From Thermoproteota archaeon (GTDB lineage: Archaea; Korarchaeota; Korarchaeia; Korarchaeales; Korarchaeaceae), in contig JAOZFI010000039.1 of the NCBI GenBank assembly GCA_027491395.1, forward strand, positions 32,001-96,000: DNA of 64,000 nt. Reading direction: 5' to 3'. Below the pieces are notes generated by a model. The model did not search any database. It saw nothing but the letters and a program-made list of their open reading frames with translations, and was not told the DNA's origin. Positions 38,428 through 47,043 of the stretch are shown piece after piece (within the stretch, counting starts at the first letter, position 1; each line of letters begins with the position of its first letter). The position numbers and the translations under genes are program-made.

Positions 38428-40003
38428 CCGCCAAAAGCTCCTGAGCTAAAGGAATACCGTTACCATTGAGGTCAAGTTGAAGGAGTCCGGAGGTTTTATA
38501 CCTATCCGCTCCGGCCACTACGACCACTAGGGTATCGCCTTCCAAGCTCACGTGTACGACCTGCCCTCCCTCTATGAGGGAAGCCTTCTCGGCGCCGGAT
38601 AGCAGAGAGGCGGCGATGTTTGAGGGCATGTTACTGTCGGTCGGAGCCTTGTGACCACCCAGCACGATGACCATATCGTAATTGCCGAACTCATCCGTGG
38701 AATTTATCCTTTGAAGGGTAACTCCTGAGGAGTTCGCAGCAGATATGAGGTCCTCGGACGAGAGGTTCCAGTCTATATCGTTTGAGTAGACGGCCACCCT
38801 CCTGACACGGGTGGTCACATTGATCTCGTAAACCTTGTTCCTAGCTCCAGTGAACACGAGGGAGAGGACGCCTGACGCCTCTATCCCGTGGAGGGATGTA
38901 AGGGAGAGCGTGACATTGAAGGGCGGGATGCCGGACTGGGGAGAGAGGGACACGTTCAGCCATTCGGGAGAACCCAAGACCCCAGCGGATACTTCACCGC
39001 TGAAGTTCCCCGTGGGCACGACCCTCAGGGACACATTCCTCCCCAATCCGCCGACTAGATCTACTCGGGAGGGACCCACCACCGAGAAGCCCTTCCTCTC
39101 GAGGACCGTGAGGTTAACCGGAGCTGAGGCCTCCATGACGCCCTCGGCCCTTATGACCACCGTGTACTCCCCTCCGGGAGCGGTGTCCGGAACCTCCAAG
39201 TTGAGGGTGCTGTTGAACGGGGGAAACCCCTGTTGAGGAAAGAACTCGTAGGAGAGAAAGTCAGGACCCTCCAAAGACAGGTTTATCGGTTTTGAGAGGT
39301 GGCCCGTCACGTACACCCTCATGCTTATGTTCTCTCCTTGAGTGACCACCACCTCGGGGGCCTCGAGAACGATGCTCAGCGAGGCGGCCTCATACTCTAT
39401 CGTAAGAACGGGCCCGTTAGATCCACTTACCTCCGAGTAGAACTCATAGTAGCCCTCTTGTCCCTCAGCTATCTTGACTAGGAGCCAGCCACTGCTCTTC
39501 AACTCATTGTCGACGGCAGCTTGGACATAGGACGTCAGATTTATCTCGGCTTGTGGGAAGGAACCAGCTCCTTCGCCCCACTTCTCTATGAGATCTCCTC
39601 CCGGGTTGCTCCAAGGGAGGCCCGATCTCACACTGTTCCAAGTAGTTCCAAATATGTCTAGTTCTCCTCTCACGTCCCAGACCTCAATAGTGGGATTAGA
39701 CGTGTTATATGTGGTCAGCACTAGACTAGCGTTGAGTATCTTGGAATATTGAGGTATGTGCGATCTTATCTCACCTATATCGAACCTTAAAAGAGCTCTA
39801 GCTTCCACGGTGTCGTTGCCTACTGCGGTTCTGGATACTTTGAGGACTTGAGAGCTGGCGTGAGGGGTATCAGGCTCCCAGCTGGCTATGTAACAGTCGA
39901 CGTAGGACCTGACCGTAAGGGAGATACTCGCCTCCATCAATGAGACGGGAGTGAGCAGGAGGACCATCGAAAGGATAGACAGCGATCTAACAGAGACCCT
40001 CAT
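38399..40003 (-). CDS. Surface protein: DNRLRE-like + two Ig-like domains + C-terminal S-layer/CWB2-like module
   Basis: Signal peptide; DCYI, RALLRFD, W.NPGGD, FYSE; GFPPF and GIPPF repeats; VLGGHKAP..VAGADRYKT. Confidence 0.8.
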   Translation of the reverse strand: MRVSVRSLSILSMVLLLTPVSLMEASISLTVRSYVDCYIASWEPDTPHASSQVLKVSRTAVGNDTVEARALLRFDIGEIRSHIPQYSKILNASLVLTTYNTSNPTIEVWDVRGELDIFGTTWNSVRSGLPWSNPGGDLIEKWGEGAGSFPQAEINLTSYVQAAVDNELKSSGWLLVKIAEGQEGYYEFYSEVSGSNGPVLTIEYEAASLSIVLEAPEVVVTQGENISMRVYVTGHLSKPINLSLEGPDFLSYEFFPQQGFPPFNSTLNLEVPDTAPGGEYTVVIRAEGVMEASAPVNLTVLERKGFSVVGPSRVDLVGGLGRNVSLRVVPTGNFSGEVSAGVLGSPEWLNVSLSPQSGIPPFNVTLSLTSLHGIEASGVLSLVFTGARNKVYEINVTTRVRRVAVYSNDIDWNLSSEDLISAANSSGVTLQRINSTDEFGNYDMVIVLGGHKAPTDSNMPSNIAASLLSGAEKASLIEGGQVVHVSLEGDTLVVVVAGADRYKTSGLLQLDLNGNGIPLAQELLAGDPRGIRGA

Positions 40004-40784
40004 AGAATCTAGGCCTCCTGTCCCCGAAAATATCGTTCAGTTCATTTATCTTCTTGTTATCAGCGAGCTTAGGATCTATCTCCGCCACCATCACGTGCTC
40101 CCCCTCCTTGGGGGCTTGGACAAGTACTTTCATGCTTGGATCCACGATGAGGGATCTACCCTCATACTCGAACCTCTTCCCTCCCCTCTCCTCCACCCCG
40201 CTCCTGTCCGAGAGGATGATGTAAACCCTGTTCTCGACGGCCCTAGCTAGGTCTACTGTGGGTGCGAAGGGGAGCACGAGGTTGGAGGGGTGAGCTATGA
40301 CTTGGGCGCCTTTTAGGGCTAAGGTCCTCGCTGCCTCCGGGAATCGCCAGTCATAGCATATCATTACCCCCACCCTCATACCTGCCACATGGAACACCTG
40401 GAAGCCGGTATCTCCGGGCTCGAAGAACAGCTTCTCCTCGAAGAATAGGTGGGTCTTCCTGTAAACTCCCTTCACATCACCTTTTTCATCGATGACCACT
40501 GCTGAGTTGTAGAATTTGTCGCCATCCCTCTCCGCGAAGCCAGCGACCAAGGCGGTGGATGTCTCCTCGGCGAACTTCCTCAATTCACTCACGGTGTATC
40601 CCTCTAGATCCTCAGCTAGCTTTGAGACTTCTTCCTTACTCAGGAAGAGGTATCCGGTATTGAACAGCTCGGGAAAGACTAGGAGATCGGCCTCCACCTT
40701 GGAGGCGAGCTCTAAGGCCCTCGCCACGTTCCTCTCGACTTCACCAAATAGGGGATCGTTCTGGACGAAACCTACCCTCTTCAT
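39987..40784 (-). CDS. Carbon-nitrogen hydrolase (nitrilase/amidase family)
   Basis: FPEL, YRKTHLF, ICYDWRFPE (E-K-C triad), RAVEN. Confidence 0.93.
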   Translation of the reverse strand: MKRVGFVQNDPLFGEVERNVARALELASKVEADLLVFPELFNTGYLFLSKEEVSKLAEDLEGYTVSELRKFAEETSTALVAGFAERDGDKFYNSAVVIDEKGDVKGVYRKTHLFFEEKLFFEPGDTGFQVFHVAGMRVGVMICYDWRFPEAARTLALKGAQVIAHPSNLVLPFAPTVDLARAVENRVYIILSDRSGVEERGGKRFEYEGRSLIVDPSMKVLVQAPKEGEHVMVAEIDPKLADNKKINELNDIFGDRRPRFYEGLC

Positions 40785-40824
40785 GCGCTATCCTAGCGAG
40801 GCCTACTATCGTGCCTATTAACCT

Positions 40825-41118
40825 TCACGGGATCAGCTCCATGAGGATGAGCAGGATTATACCAGCTAGGATAAGCTTCCTACCTTTATATGTGAATATA
40901 TCGCTCGCCCATAGCACCACTCCCAAGGCGATGAGTGTTCCAGCAAGGACCCTCCCTATAGAGATCGCGGACTCCTTCAACACGTTGAGTATGTTCATAA
41001 TGCTCTGAGTCAACTCATTTATCGCACTCTCGAAGCTTGAAAACGGATCTTGGGCCTTGACCACTAGAGGAGTCATTAAGAGCAATACTACAAGAGCTGA
41101 GTAGACGAGCGCCCTCAT
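40825..41118 (-). CDS. Small protein with VirB2/TrbC/CedA1-like pilin architecture
   Basis: Signal peptide ending VKA|QD, an amphipathic helix, then two TM helices joined by a KGRK loop. Confidence 0.55.
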   Translation of the reverse strand: MRALVYSALVVLLLMTPLVVKAQDPFSSFESAINELTQSIMNILNVLKESAISIGRVLAGTLIALGVVLWASDIFTYKGRKLILAGIILLILMELIP

Positions 41119-41179
41119 CGTTCCAACCGAGGGGTTATGGGATAAGGAGGAGAATAAACGCGCTAACGACTGGAAACTT

Positions 41180-41986
41180 TCACGATCCCCTCACCCTGAT
41201 CCCCCACTCCCTTATGCAGGAGAAACCCCTTCTCAACCCTCCATCTCGTATTATGTTCGCCTCCTCGTCGAAGACAACGGCCTTGAAGGCAATAACGACC
41301 TCCTCTCCCGCGAACTCTGTGGCATAGGTGAGCCTGAGGCTTATCCCCTCATCGGTGAGGTTCCTCCTCAGGTACCTCACGAGGGAGGTCAGTTCCTCCC
41401 TCATCTCTTGGGGGGCTGCGGTGACATTCTCCTCACTCGAAAAAGCTTTCCTGACTATTTCTATGGTCCGGTGTCTTAGACCGGTGAGGACCTCCCTGAT
41501 GAGGAAGTAAGCAGTGGGCTGGCAGGCCCCGACATCGAAGTACCTCCTCGCCTTGATGCCGAGTAAATCATCCCTAATCGTTAGCCTCGACGATGCAGCG
41601 ACTTTTATCCCTCCATCCCTGCAGTAACCTCCGAAGGCCTGATCTGAGGAATCGCCCTCTCTTGACTCGTCTATTGAGTAATGAAGATCCCCCGTCAGGG
41701 AGAAACCCTTACTCATCATGTCCTCCCTCAGGAGTTGAACGAACAGACTACCGTTCGGAGGCGGGGGAAGCTCCTCGCAGGCCGTCGAGTTTACTCCTGC
41801 GAGCCACCTATCCACCCATGACCTAGCAAAGATCAGGGATCGAGCTTTGAGCGTATCGGCTTCCGCACTCATCTCATACATCCTCAACTCCCCCATGTAG
41901 AGGAACCAGTCCTCATCGGAGCGCGGCACGTTGACTAAGAAGGAGGCCGTGAGGAGGGCGATAAGGATGAGGACAAGCTCCTTCAT
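41180..41986 (-). CDS. Hypothetical N-terminally anchored protein (268 aa)
   Basis: N-terminal hydrophobic helix, four Cys; ATGA overlap with the upstream ORF. Confidence 0.75.
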   Translation of the reverse strand: MKELVLILIALLTASFLVNVPRSDEDWFLYMGELRMYEMSAEADTLKARSLIFARSWVDRWLAGVNSTACEELPPPPNGSLFVQLLREDMMSKGFSLTGDLHYSIDESREGDSSDQAFGGYCRDGGIKVAASSRLTIRDDLLGIKARRYFDVGACQPTAYFLIREVLTGLRHRTIEIVRKAFSSEENVTAAPQEMREELTSLVRYLRRNLTDEGISLRLTYATEFAGEEVVIAFKAVVFDEEANIIRDGGLRRGFSCIREWGIRVRGS

Positions 41987-42258
41987 GGTGAACCAACCCT
42001 CATCTTCTTAGATGGCGAGGTTCCGGGTATCAGAACGCAGTAATAGATCCCCTTCTCGCCCCCGCACGTGCTTACGAGCTCTCCCTGCCCCGATTGACCA
42101 AGGAGGATCCTATATCCGAGCTCGTTCACCGTCCTCTTAAGATCGCTGCATGCCCTAGCTTTCCACCTCACCTGCCAGCCGAGATGAACTCTAGTCGGGA
42201 TCACCAAGACGTAGGACACGACGATTATTGAGATTAACGCAGCAAGCATCCATTTCAA
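41983..42258 (-). CDS. Hypothetical N-terminally anchored protein (91 aa)
   Basis: TTG start in a TTGA overlap; N-terminal TM helix; three Cys. Confidence 0.65.
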   Translation of the reverse strand: MKWMLAALISIIVVSYVLVIPTRVHLGWQVRWKARACSDLKRTVNELGYRILLGQSGQGELVSTCGGEKGIYYCVLIPGTSPSKKMRVGSP

Positions 42259-42338
42259 CCTAGAGCACCCGCCAAAGCCATCAAGAGTAGGGCCACTAGG
42301 AACATGGTCAATAATGACTCTAAGAGCTCCTCTAGCAT
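42255..42338 (-). CDS. 27-aa single-helix micro-ORF MLEELLESLLTMFLVALLLMALAGALG
   Basis: Not in the ORF track. Exactly fills the gap: the start overlaps the upstream stop (ATGCTAG) and the stop overlaps the downstream TTG (TTGA). Confidence 0.65.
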   Translation of the reverse strand: MLEELLESLLTMFLVALLLMALAGALG

Positions 42339-42538
42339 CCCACGACCCTCCTCAGATAGTCGGAAGCGTCCAAGTCCAGCGAGTCAGCGAGTTTCCTTAA
42401 CTTCCGCTGAGCCTCGACCATTCTAGTACAATCGCGACTCTTAAGGGCGGGGGTGAGGGAGGACAGGGCAAGTAGCACGATCAATAGAAGAGCGATCAGC
42501 GATATAAAGGAGAAAGAAGCGCTTAATCCCTCCTCCAT
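42332..42538 (-). CDS. Hypothetical N-terminally anchored protein (68 aa)
   Basis: MEEGLSASFSFISLIALLLIVLLAL followed by an amphipathic helix; two Cys; overlaps both neighbours. Confidence 0.65.
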   Translation of the reverse strand: MEEGLSASFSFISLIALLLIVLLALSSLTPALKSRDCTRMVEAQRKLRKLADSLDLDASDYLRRVVGC

Positions 42539-42915
42539 GCTCCCGCCCATCCCAAGGATACGTACTGCTCCCGCCAAACGCTGACGAACCTGCCGAAACC
42601 CACAGCTTCACCGTGACACCTGACTTCGAAGGGATATCTGAGGCTGGCAGAGGCGTTCCCCGAGCTCACCCTGACCAAGTGCCCGCTGCAGGAAAAGCTC
42701 ACCTTACACGGGAGGTACACGTAAGTCTCCGAGAGTCCTCCCCCTAGCGAATTGGTTATGGCCAAATCTATGGATCTGATGGCTGTATTCACACAATTCA
42801 CGGATCTCTTCTCATCTAGCGATTTCATGGCCCTGCTGACCGGTCCATTGACGGAGTAAAGTATGAGGGCCAACCCTGCCGCCATTAGGAGGGCCCTCTC
42901 TAGGGAAGCCCTCAT
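42523..42915 (-). CDS. Minor-pilin-like protein (130 aa)
   Basis: MRASLERALLMAAGLALIL helix, an amphipathic helix, then a beta-rich domain with four Cys; ATGA overlap at 42912-42915. Confidence 0.65.
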   Translation of the reverse strand: MRASLERALLMAAGLALILYSVNGPVSRAMKSLDEKRSVNCVNTAIRSIDLAITNSLGGGLSETYVYLPCKVSFSCSGHLVRVSSGNASASLRYPFEVRCHGEAVGFGRFVSVWREQYVSLGWAGAWRRD

Positions 42916-43040
42916 CTCCTCATCCTCCACCACGCCAGTAGGTACGCTGCTGCGGCTGCTATCGGGTAAAGGGAAGGATCGATCATTAGGGAGGCAGCCA
43001 GAGCGGCAGGAAGCAGGACTAAAAGGAATGCTCCTCTCAT
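42912..43040 (-). CDS. 42-aa two-helix micro-ORF MRGAFLLVLLPAALAASLMIDPSLYPIAAAAAYLLAWWRMRR
   Basis: Not in the ORF track. GGAGGT SD upstream; the stop overlaps the next ATG. Confidence 0.7.
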   Translation of the reverse strand: MRGAFLLVLLPAALAASLMIDPSLYPIAAAAAYLLAWWRMRR

Positions 43041-43108
43041 AGGACCTCCATCATTATAAGAGGGAGGGATAATGAACGATCGAAAATCGCGTTAAAATCG
43101 GAAAAATT

Positions 43109-44527
43109 TCAGGATGCCGGCCACTTCCTCCTCCTGAACTTGGTGAGGGCGAAATAGGCTACGAGAGCGACCACTATTCCGATTACCAGTCCCCAATACG
43201 GTGAAATCCCTTCACTGGGTGTCGAAAAGCTGACGGCGACAGCAGCAGAGGCGACTGCCACCCCGTAGCTCAACACCGTGACGGTGTAGTTTCCCGGGCT
43301 CACTCCTTTGAACACTATTAGTTGACTGGAGCCAGGATCCAGTGTGACGGAGCTGTGGTCGATCTCCTCTCCCTCCCTGAGCAGGACGATATCAAACGTT
43401 CCAAGTACGCCGCCGACGTTAGTTAGGTTGACCTCTATCGTTCCGTCGGAGGGCGAGGCTGACAGGGAGACTGGGAGAGGCATGACTTGGAATGAGAGCG
43501 AGTGATCGTTATTCGCCCTGTTAACATCCACCCCATCTAAGGGTATAAGAGAGACCGTTAACGTGTGATTCCCGACCGCCAGCTCTAAGGTTGGGATCTC
43601 CACATCGGCGAAGCTCTCTCCCTTGGGAGGTAAGGTATCGAGAAGCTGGGAGTCGATCAGCATGTCGTCCACGTACACGGAGACATTTACTCTGGAGGGA
43701 GATGGACCCTCGTTCATCACCCTGATCTTACCAGAGAGGACCTCGCCCCTCTGAACCCTCTTGGGGATCGAGACCTCCTTGACGAGGACATCGCATGATG
43801 GTCTGACTTGCACCTCGGCTGAGGCCTGGCTGTAAGGCCTGTCCCCCTTCGTTATCAGGGCGGTCAATTTGATGGTCCCAGCTGACAGGGGAGCGAAAGG
43901 GAACTCAGCCATAGATATGGATTTGGGGGGAACGTAGACGCCCTGTGCTCCTATCTCCGTATCGTTAACGAACAGCCTCACTCTTAGATCGAGCGCGTCA
44001 CCCGAGGGGTTCGGGATGTGGACCTTCACGAAGTAGTCCCTTCCTTGGATCATCTCCCTCTCTACATCGATAAACGCCTCGACCAGCGGAATTACAGAGA
44101 ACTTCATCTTATAGGTGTTGTCTTCGGGACGCGGGTCCCCGTATTCCTTGGGCTCCACCGTCACCTTCAGGTCATGCACTCCTACGGTGAGGTTAGATGT
44201 TGGGACTCTCGTAGTGACGGTCGTGTATCCCCCGGACGGAATTGGGATGGATCCCTTGGACACATTACCTATTTCCCAAAACTCCACAACCTTAAGATCC
44301 TCATCCACGTAGACGCTCACCTTGACGATCCCGGAGAAGACCTTGGACTCTTTGTTCCTGATGTAGATAGTGAGAGTGAGGGGCTGTCCTTGCTGCACCT
44401 CTCCGTTAAGGGGCAGTACCGTTATCCTGTCTATAGAGAGGTCCCAGTGCTGCTGGGAGGTAGCATGAGCCAGCGACATCATGAGGAGAGGGATGAGCAG
44501 CAGTAGGATCCCTGACTTAGACGACAT
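43109..44527 (-). CDS. CARDB/Ig-like repeat surface protein with C-terminal TM
   Basis: Signal peptide; DLSI..YIRN..PEDNT and DV.V..VMNEG..ANND repeats; TM followed by RRRK. Confidence 0.82.
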   Translation of the reverse strand: MSSKSGILLLLIPLLMMSLAHATSQQHWDLSIDRITVLPLNGEVQQGQPLTLTIYIRNKESKVFSGIVKVSVYVDEDLKVVEFWEIGNVSKGSIPIPSGGYTTVTTRVPTSNLTVGVHDLKVTVEPKEYGDPRPEDNTYKMKFSVIPLVEAFIDVEREMIQGRDYFVKVHIPNPSGDALDLRVRLFVNDTEIGAQGVYVPPKSISMAEFPFAPLSAGTIKLTALITKGDRPYSQASAEVQVRPSCDVLVKEVSIPKRVQRGEVLSGKIRVMNEGPSPSRVNVSVYVDDMLIDSQLLDTLPPKGESFADVEIPTLELAVGNHTLTVSLIPLDGVDVNRANNDHSLSFQVMPLPVSLSASPSDGTIEVNLTNVGGVLGTFDIVLLREGEEIDHSSVTLDPGSSQLIVFKGVSPGNYTVTVLSYGVAVASAAVAVSFSTPSEGISPYWGLVIGIVVALVAYFALTKFRRRKWPAS

Positions 44528-44635
44528 CCCTCACCTCTCCCTCCACCAATTAAATACGTTTGTTCGATCCTAGCCTATCCCCCTCACGACCGACAGGATT
44601 ATGAGTTCAAAGAGGAGCGATGTCCGGGTGCGATC

Positions 44636-45343
44636 ATGTCGGAGCTGCTCTACATGGATGACTCCTACCTGAAGGAATTCGAGGCAGAGGTCGTTGAGGT
44701 ATCGGGGGACAGGGTCGTGCTCGATAGGACGGCTTTCTATCCCGTCGGTGGCGGATTACCCAGCGACACGGGCGTCCTTTTGAAGGGAAGCGAGGAGTAC
44801 CGGGTCGAGGAGGCGAGGAAGGAGGGAGGCAAGGTCTGGCACATAGTCCCCGGACACTCACTCTCGCCGGGAGATGGAGTGAGGGGAGTGATCGACTGGG
44901 ACAGGAGGTACAGGGTGATGAGGATGCACACGGCACTCCACGCCCTCATAGCGGTGATGAATCAGAAGTTCGGGGTACTCGTGACAGGAAACAAGGTGGC
45001 TCCAGATAGGAGCAGGGTGGATGTCAATTTAGAGAAGCCGGATAGGGAGCTAGTGGAGAAAGTAATTGCCGAAACGAACGAGGAGCTGGCCAAGGGACTT
45101 CCGGTCAAGATCTACTACCTTCCTAGGGAGGAAGCCATGAAGATACCCGGCATAGTGAAGCTGGCCAAAGCTCTCCCCCCAAGCGTTCAGAAGCTCAGGA
45201 TAGTCGAGATAGAGGGGCTGGACATCCAGGCGGACGGTGGCCCTCATGTCTCTAATACGAAGGAGGTAGGGAGGATAGTTTTCCTGAAGTTGGAGAACAA
45301 GGGGAAGAACAACAGGAGGATCCACTTCACCCTCGAACCCTGA
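44636..45343 (+). CDS. alaX: Free-standing alanyl-tRNA editing protein AlaX-M
   Basis: LDRTAFYPVGGGLPSDTG, MRMHTALH, ADGGPHV. Confidence 0.93.
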   Translation: MSELLYMDDSYLKEFEAEVVEVSGDRVVLDRTAFYPVGGGLPSDTGVLLKGSEEYRVEEARKEGGKVWHIVPGHSLSPGDGVRGVIDWDRRYRVMRMHTALHALIAVMNQKFGVLVTGNKVAPDRSRVDVNLEKPDRELVEKVIAETNEELAKGLPVKIYYLPREEAMKIPGIVKLAKALPPSVQKLRIVEIEGLDIQADGGPHVSNTKEVGRIVFLKLENKGKNNRRIHFTLEP

Positions 45344-45397
45344 GGAGAACGACAAAAAGCTCAAAGGATTTATCCGTGCTCCGAGGTGTCACCTCTC

Positions 45398-46321
45398 ATG
45401 AAGCTTCTCGGCGAACTACTATCGAGGATCAGAGGGAGCGAGGGAGGAGAGAGGAAAGAAGACATAGAGGACATCCTGAAGAAAGCTCTGAGAGGGGAAG
45501 TTCTAGAGTTCGAGGAAGCCATGTCCTTCCTTGGAGCCGTCGAGGCCAAGCTGTCGAGGGAACCCCAAGTGAAGAGGGTCAGAGGAAAGGTGGTGTTCAT
45601 TGGAGACACCCATGGTGACTTCAACTCATCCAAGGAGGTCCTCAGAAAATTCAAGGACCACAAACTCGTGTTCCTTGGCGATTACGTTGATAGGGGGAAG
45701 AAGCAAATAGAGAACGTTAACTTCCTTCTAGCCCACTACTACATAGATCGGGATAGAGTGATACTGCTCAGGGGAAACCACGAATCTCCTGTGGTCAACC
45801 TGAATTACGGATTCATGGAAACGCTCTATCACACGTACGGCTCGGAGTGGCCCTTCCTGTTCATGAGGTATAATGAGGTGTTCGCCAACCTTCCGTACGC
45901 TGCTGAGGTCTCTGGCCTACTCGCCCTTCACGGCGGGATAGCTGAGGGATTGGAGTCGGTGAAGCAGATAAGGAAGCTACCGAAGAAGGACATGATACCC
46001 AGCGACAAAATAGCATTTCAACTTCTATGGAACGATCCCTATGAAGGGATAGAGGGCTTCGGAGAGAACTACAGCAGGGGAGGTGGCACCAAGTACTACG
46101 GAAGGAAGGCCCTCGAATCCTTCCTTAAATCTAACGGTCTGAAAGGACTGGTTAGAGCTCACGAGGCCTACCCAGAAGGCTACGCCTGGCTCTTTGACGG
46201 TGAAACCGGGATAGAGGGCATGGAGAGCATACTATTATCAGTCTTCACATGTAGGTATTACGGCATCCCGCCCACGGTGGCGGTGTTCGATGGCAAGAAG
46301 GTGGAGGTCGTCAGGCTATGA
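45398..46321 (+). CDS. PPP-family Ser/Thr protein phosphatase
   Basis: GDTHG, GDYVDRG, RGNHE, HGG, LLWNDP, RAHE. Confidence 0.93.
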   Translation: MKLLGELLSRIRGSEGGERKEDIEDILKKALRGEVLEFEEAMSFLGAVEAKLSREPQVKRVRGKVVFIGDTHGDFNSSKEVLRKFKDHKLVFLGDYVDRGKKQIENVNFLLAHYYIDRDRVILLRGNHESPVVNLNYGFMETLYHTYGSEWPFLFMRYNEVFANLPYAAEVSGLLALHGGIAEGLESVKQIRKLPKKDMIPSDKIAFQLLWNDPYEGIEGFGENYSRGGGTKYYGRKALESFLKSNGLKGLVRAHEAYPEGYAWLFDGETGIEGMESILLSVFTCRYYGIPPTVAVFDGKKVEVVRL

Positions 46322-47043
46322 GGCACGCCCTGCCCATCGCGTTGTTGATCCTAGTTATGATTCCCCTCCTAACATCGCTGGCTCTCCCACGGGAGGGAGA
46401 GGAGGCCCCCTATTTCAATGTCTCGACCTATGAGGGAGACAGAGTATCCCCAGAGAGGTTGAAAGGAAAGGTCTTCGTGCTCGTATTCGCAGCGGAATGG
46501 TGTCCCCACTGCAGAGAGGAGCTTCCTGCCCTATCCAGAGCTTGGAAGGATGCTGGTCTGGATAGAGAGGGTACGATGTGCGTCGTGATGATAGTTTCCA
46601 GCTCGCAGGATAAGGCCATAAAGTTCTACAAATCCGTCGAACCCCCATCCAACTGGAGGTTAGTGCCAGATGCCAATTACATCGCCGAGAAGTACGGCGT
46701 GAATGCGGTTCCGACGATGATAGTGGTAGACCAAGAGGGAAAGGTCGCGAAGATCTTCAGAGGAGCGGTTCCTCCCCAGCAAATAACGAATCTGGTCGCT
46801 GACCTTATAGGGGTAACGCCCCAACAGGGTAACTACACCTCTCCCTCGCCCAGTGCAACGCAGACGCATGTGAGCACTACTCCGAGCGAGGAGAACAATG
46901 GTCTGGGTCTGAAGCCGGGTCACATAATCCTGATAGGCTTGGGAGTTGCCCTCGTCGTCATATTCGGCATCTGGTACTACAGAACCCTTAAGAAGTTCGA
47001 AACATCGAAGAAGGGAAAAAAGAAGGGTAAGAGCAAAAAATGA
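46318..47043 (+). CDS. TlpA/ResA-like thiol-disulfide oxidoreductase, exported, C-terminal TM
   Basis: Signal peptide; WCPHC; YGVNAVP; TM followed by a Lys-rich tail. Confidence 0.88.
   Translation: MRHALPIALLILVMIPLLTSLALPREGEEAPYFNVSTYEGDRVSPERLKGKVFVLVFAAEWCPHCREELPALSRAWKDAGLDREGTMCVVMIVSSSQDKAIKFYKSVEPPSNWRLVPDANYIAEKYGVNAVPTMIVVDQEGKVAKIFRGAVPPQQITNLVADLIGVTPQQGNYTSPSPSATQTHVSTTPSEENNGLGLKPGHIILIGLGVALVVIFGIWYYRTLKKFETSKKGKKKGKSKK

Noticed and set aside
45229-45249. AlaX Cys-to-Asp change (ADGGPH instead of CGGTH)
   Set aside because: I recall this variant from crenarchaeal AlaX-M proteins, so it is not treated as novel.
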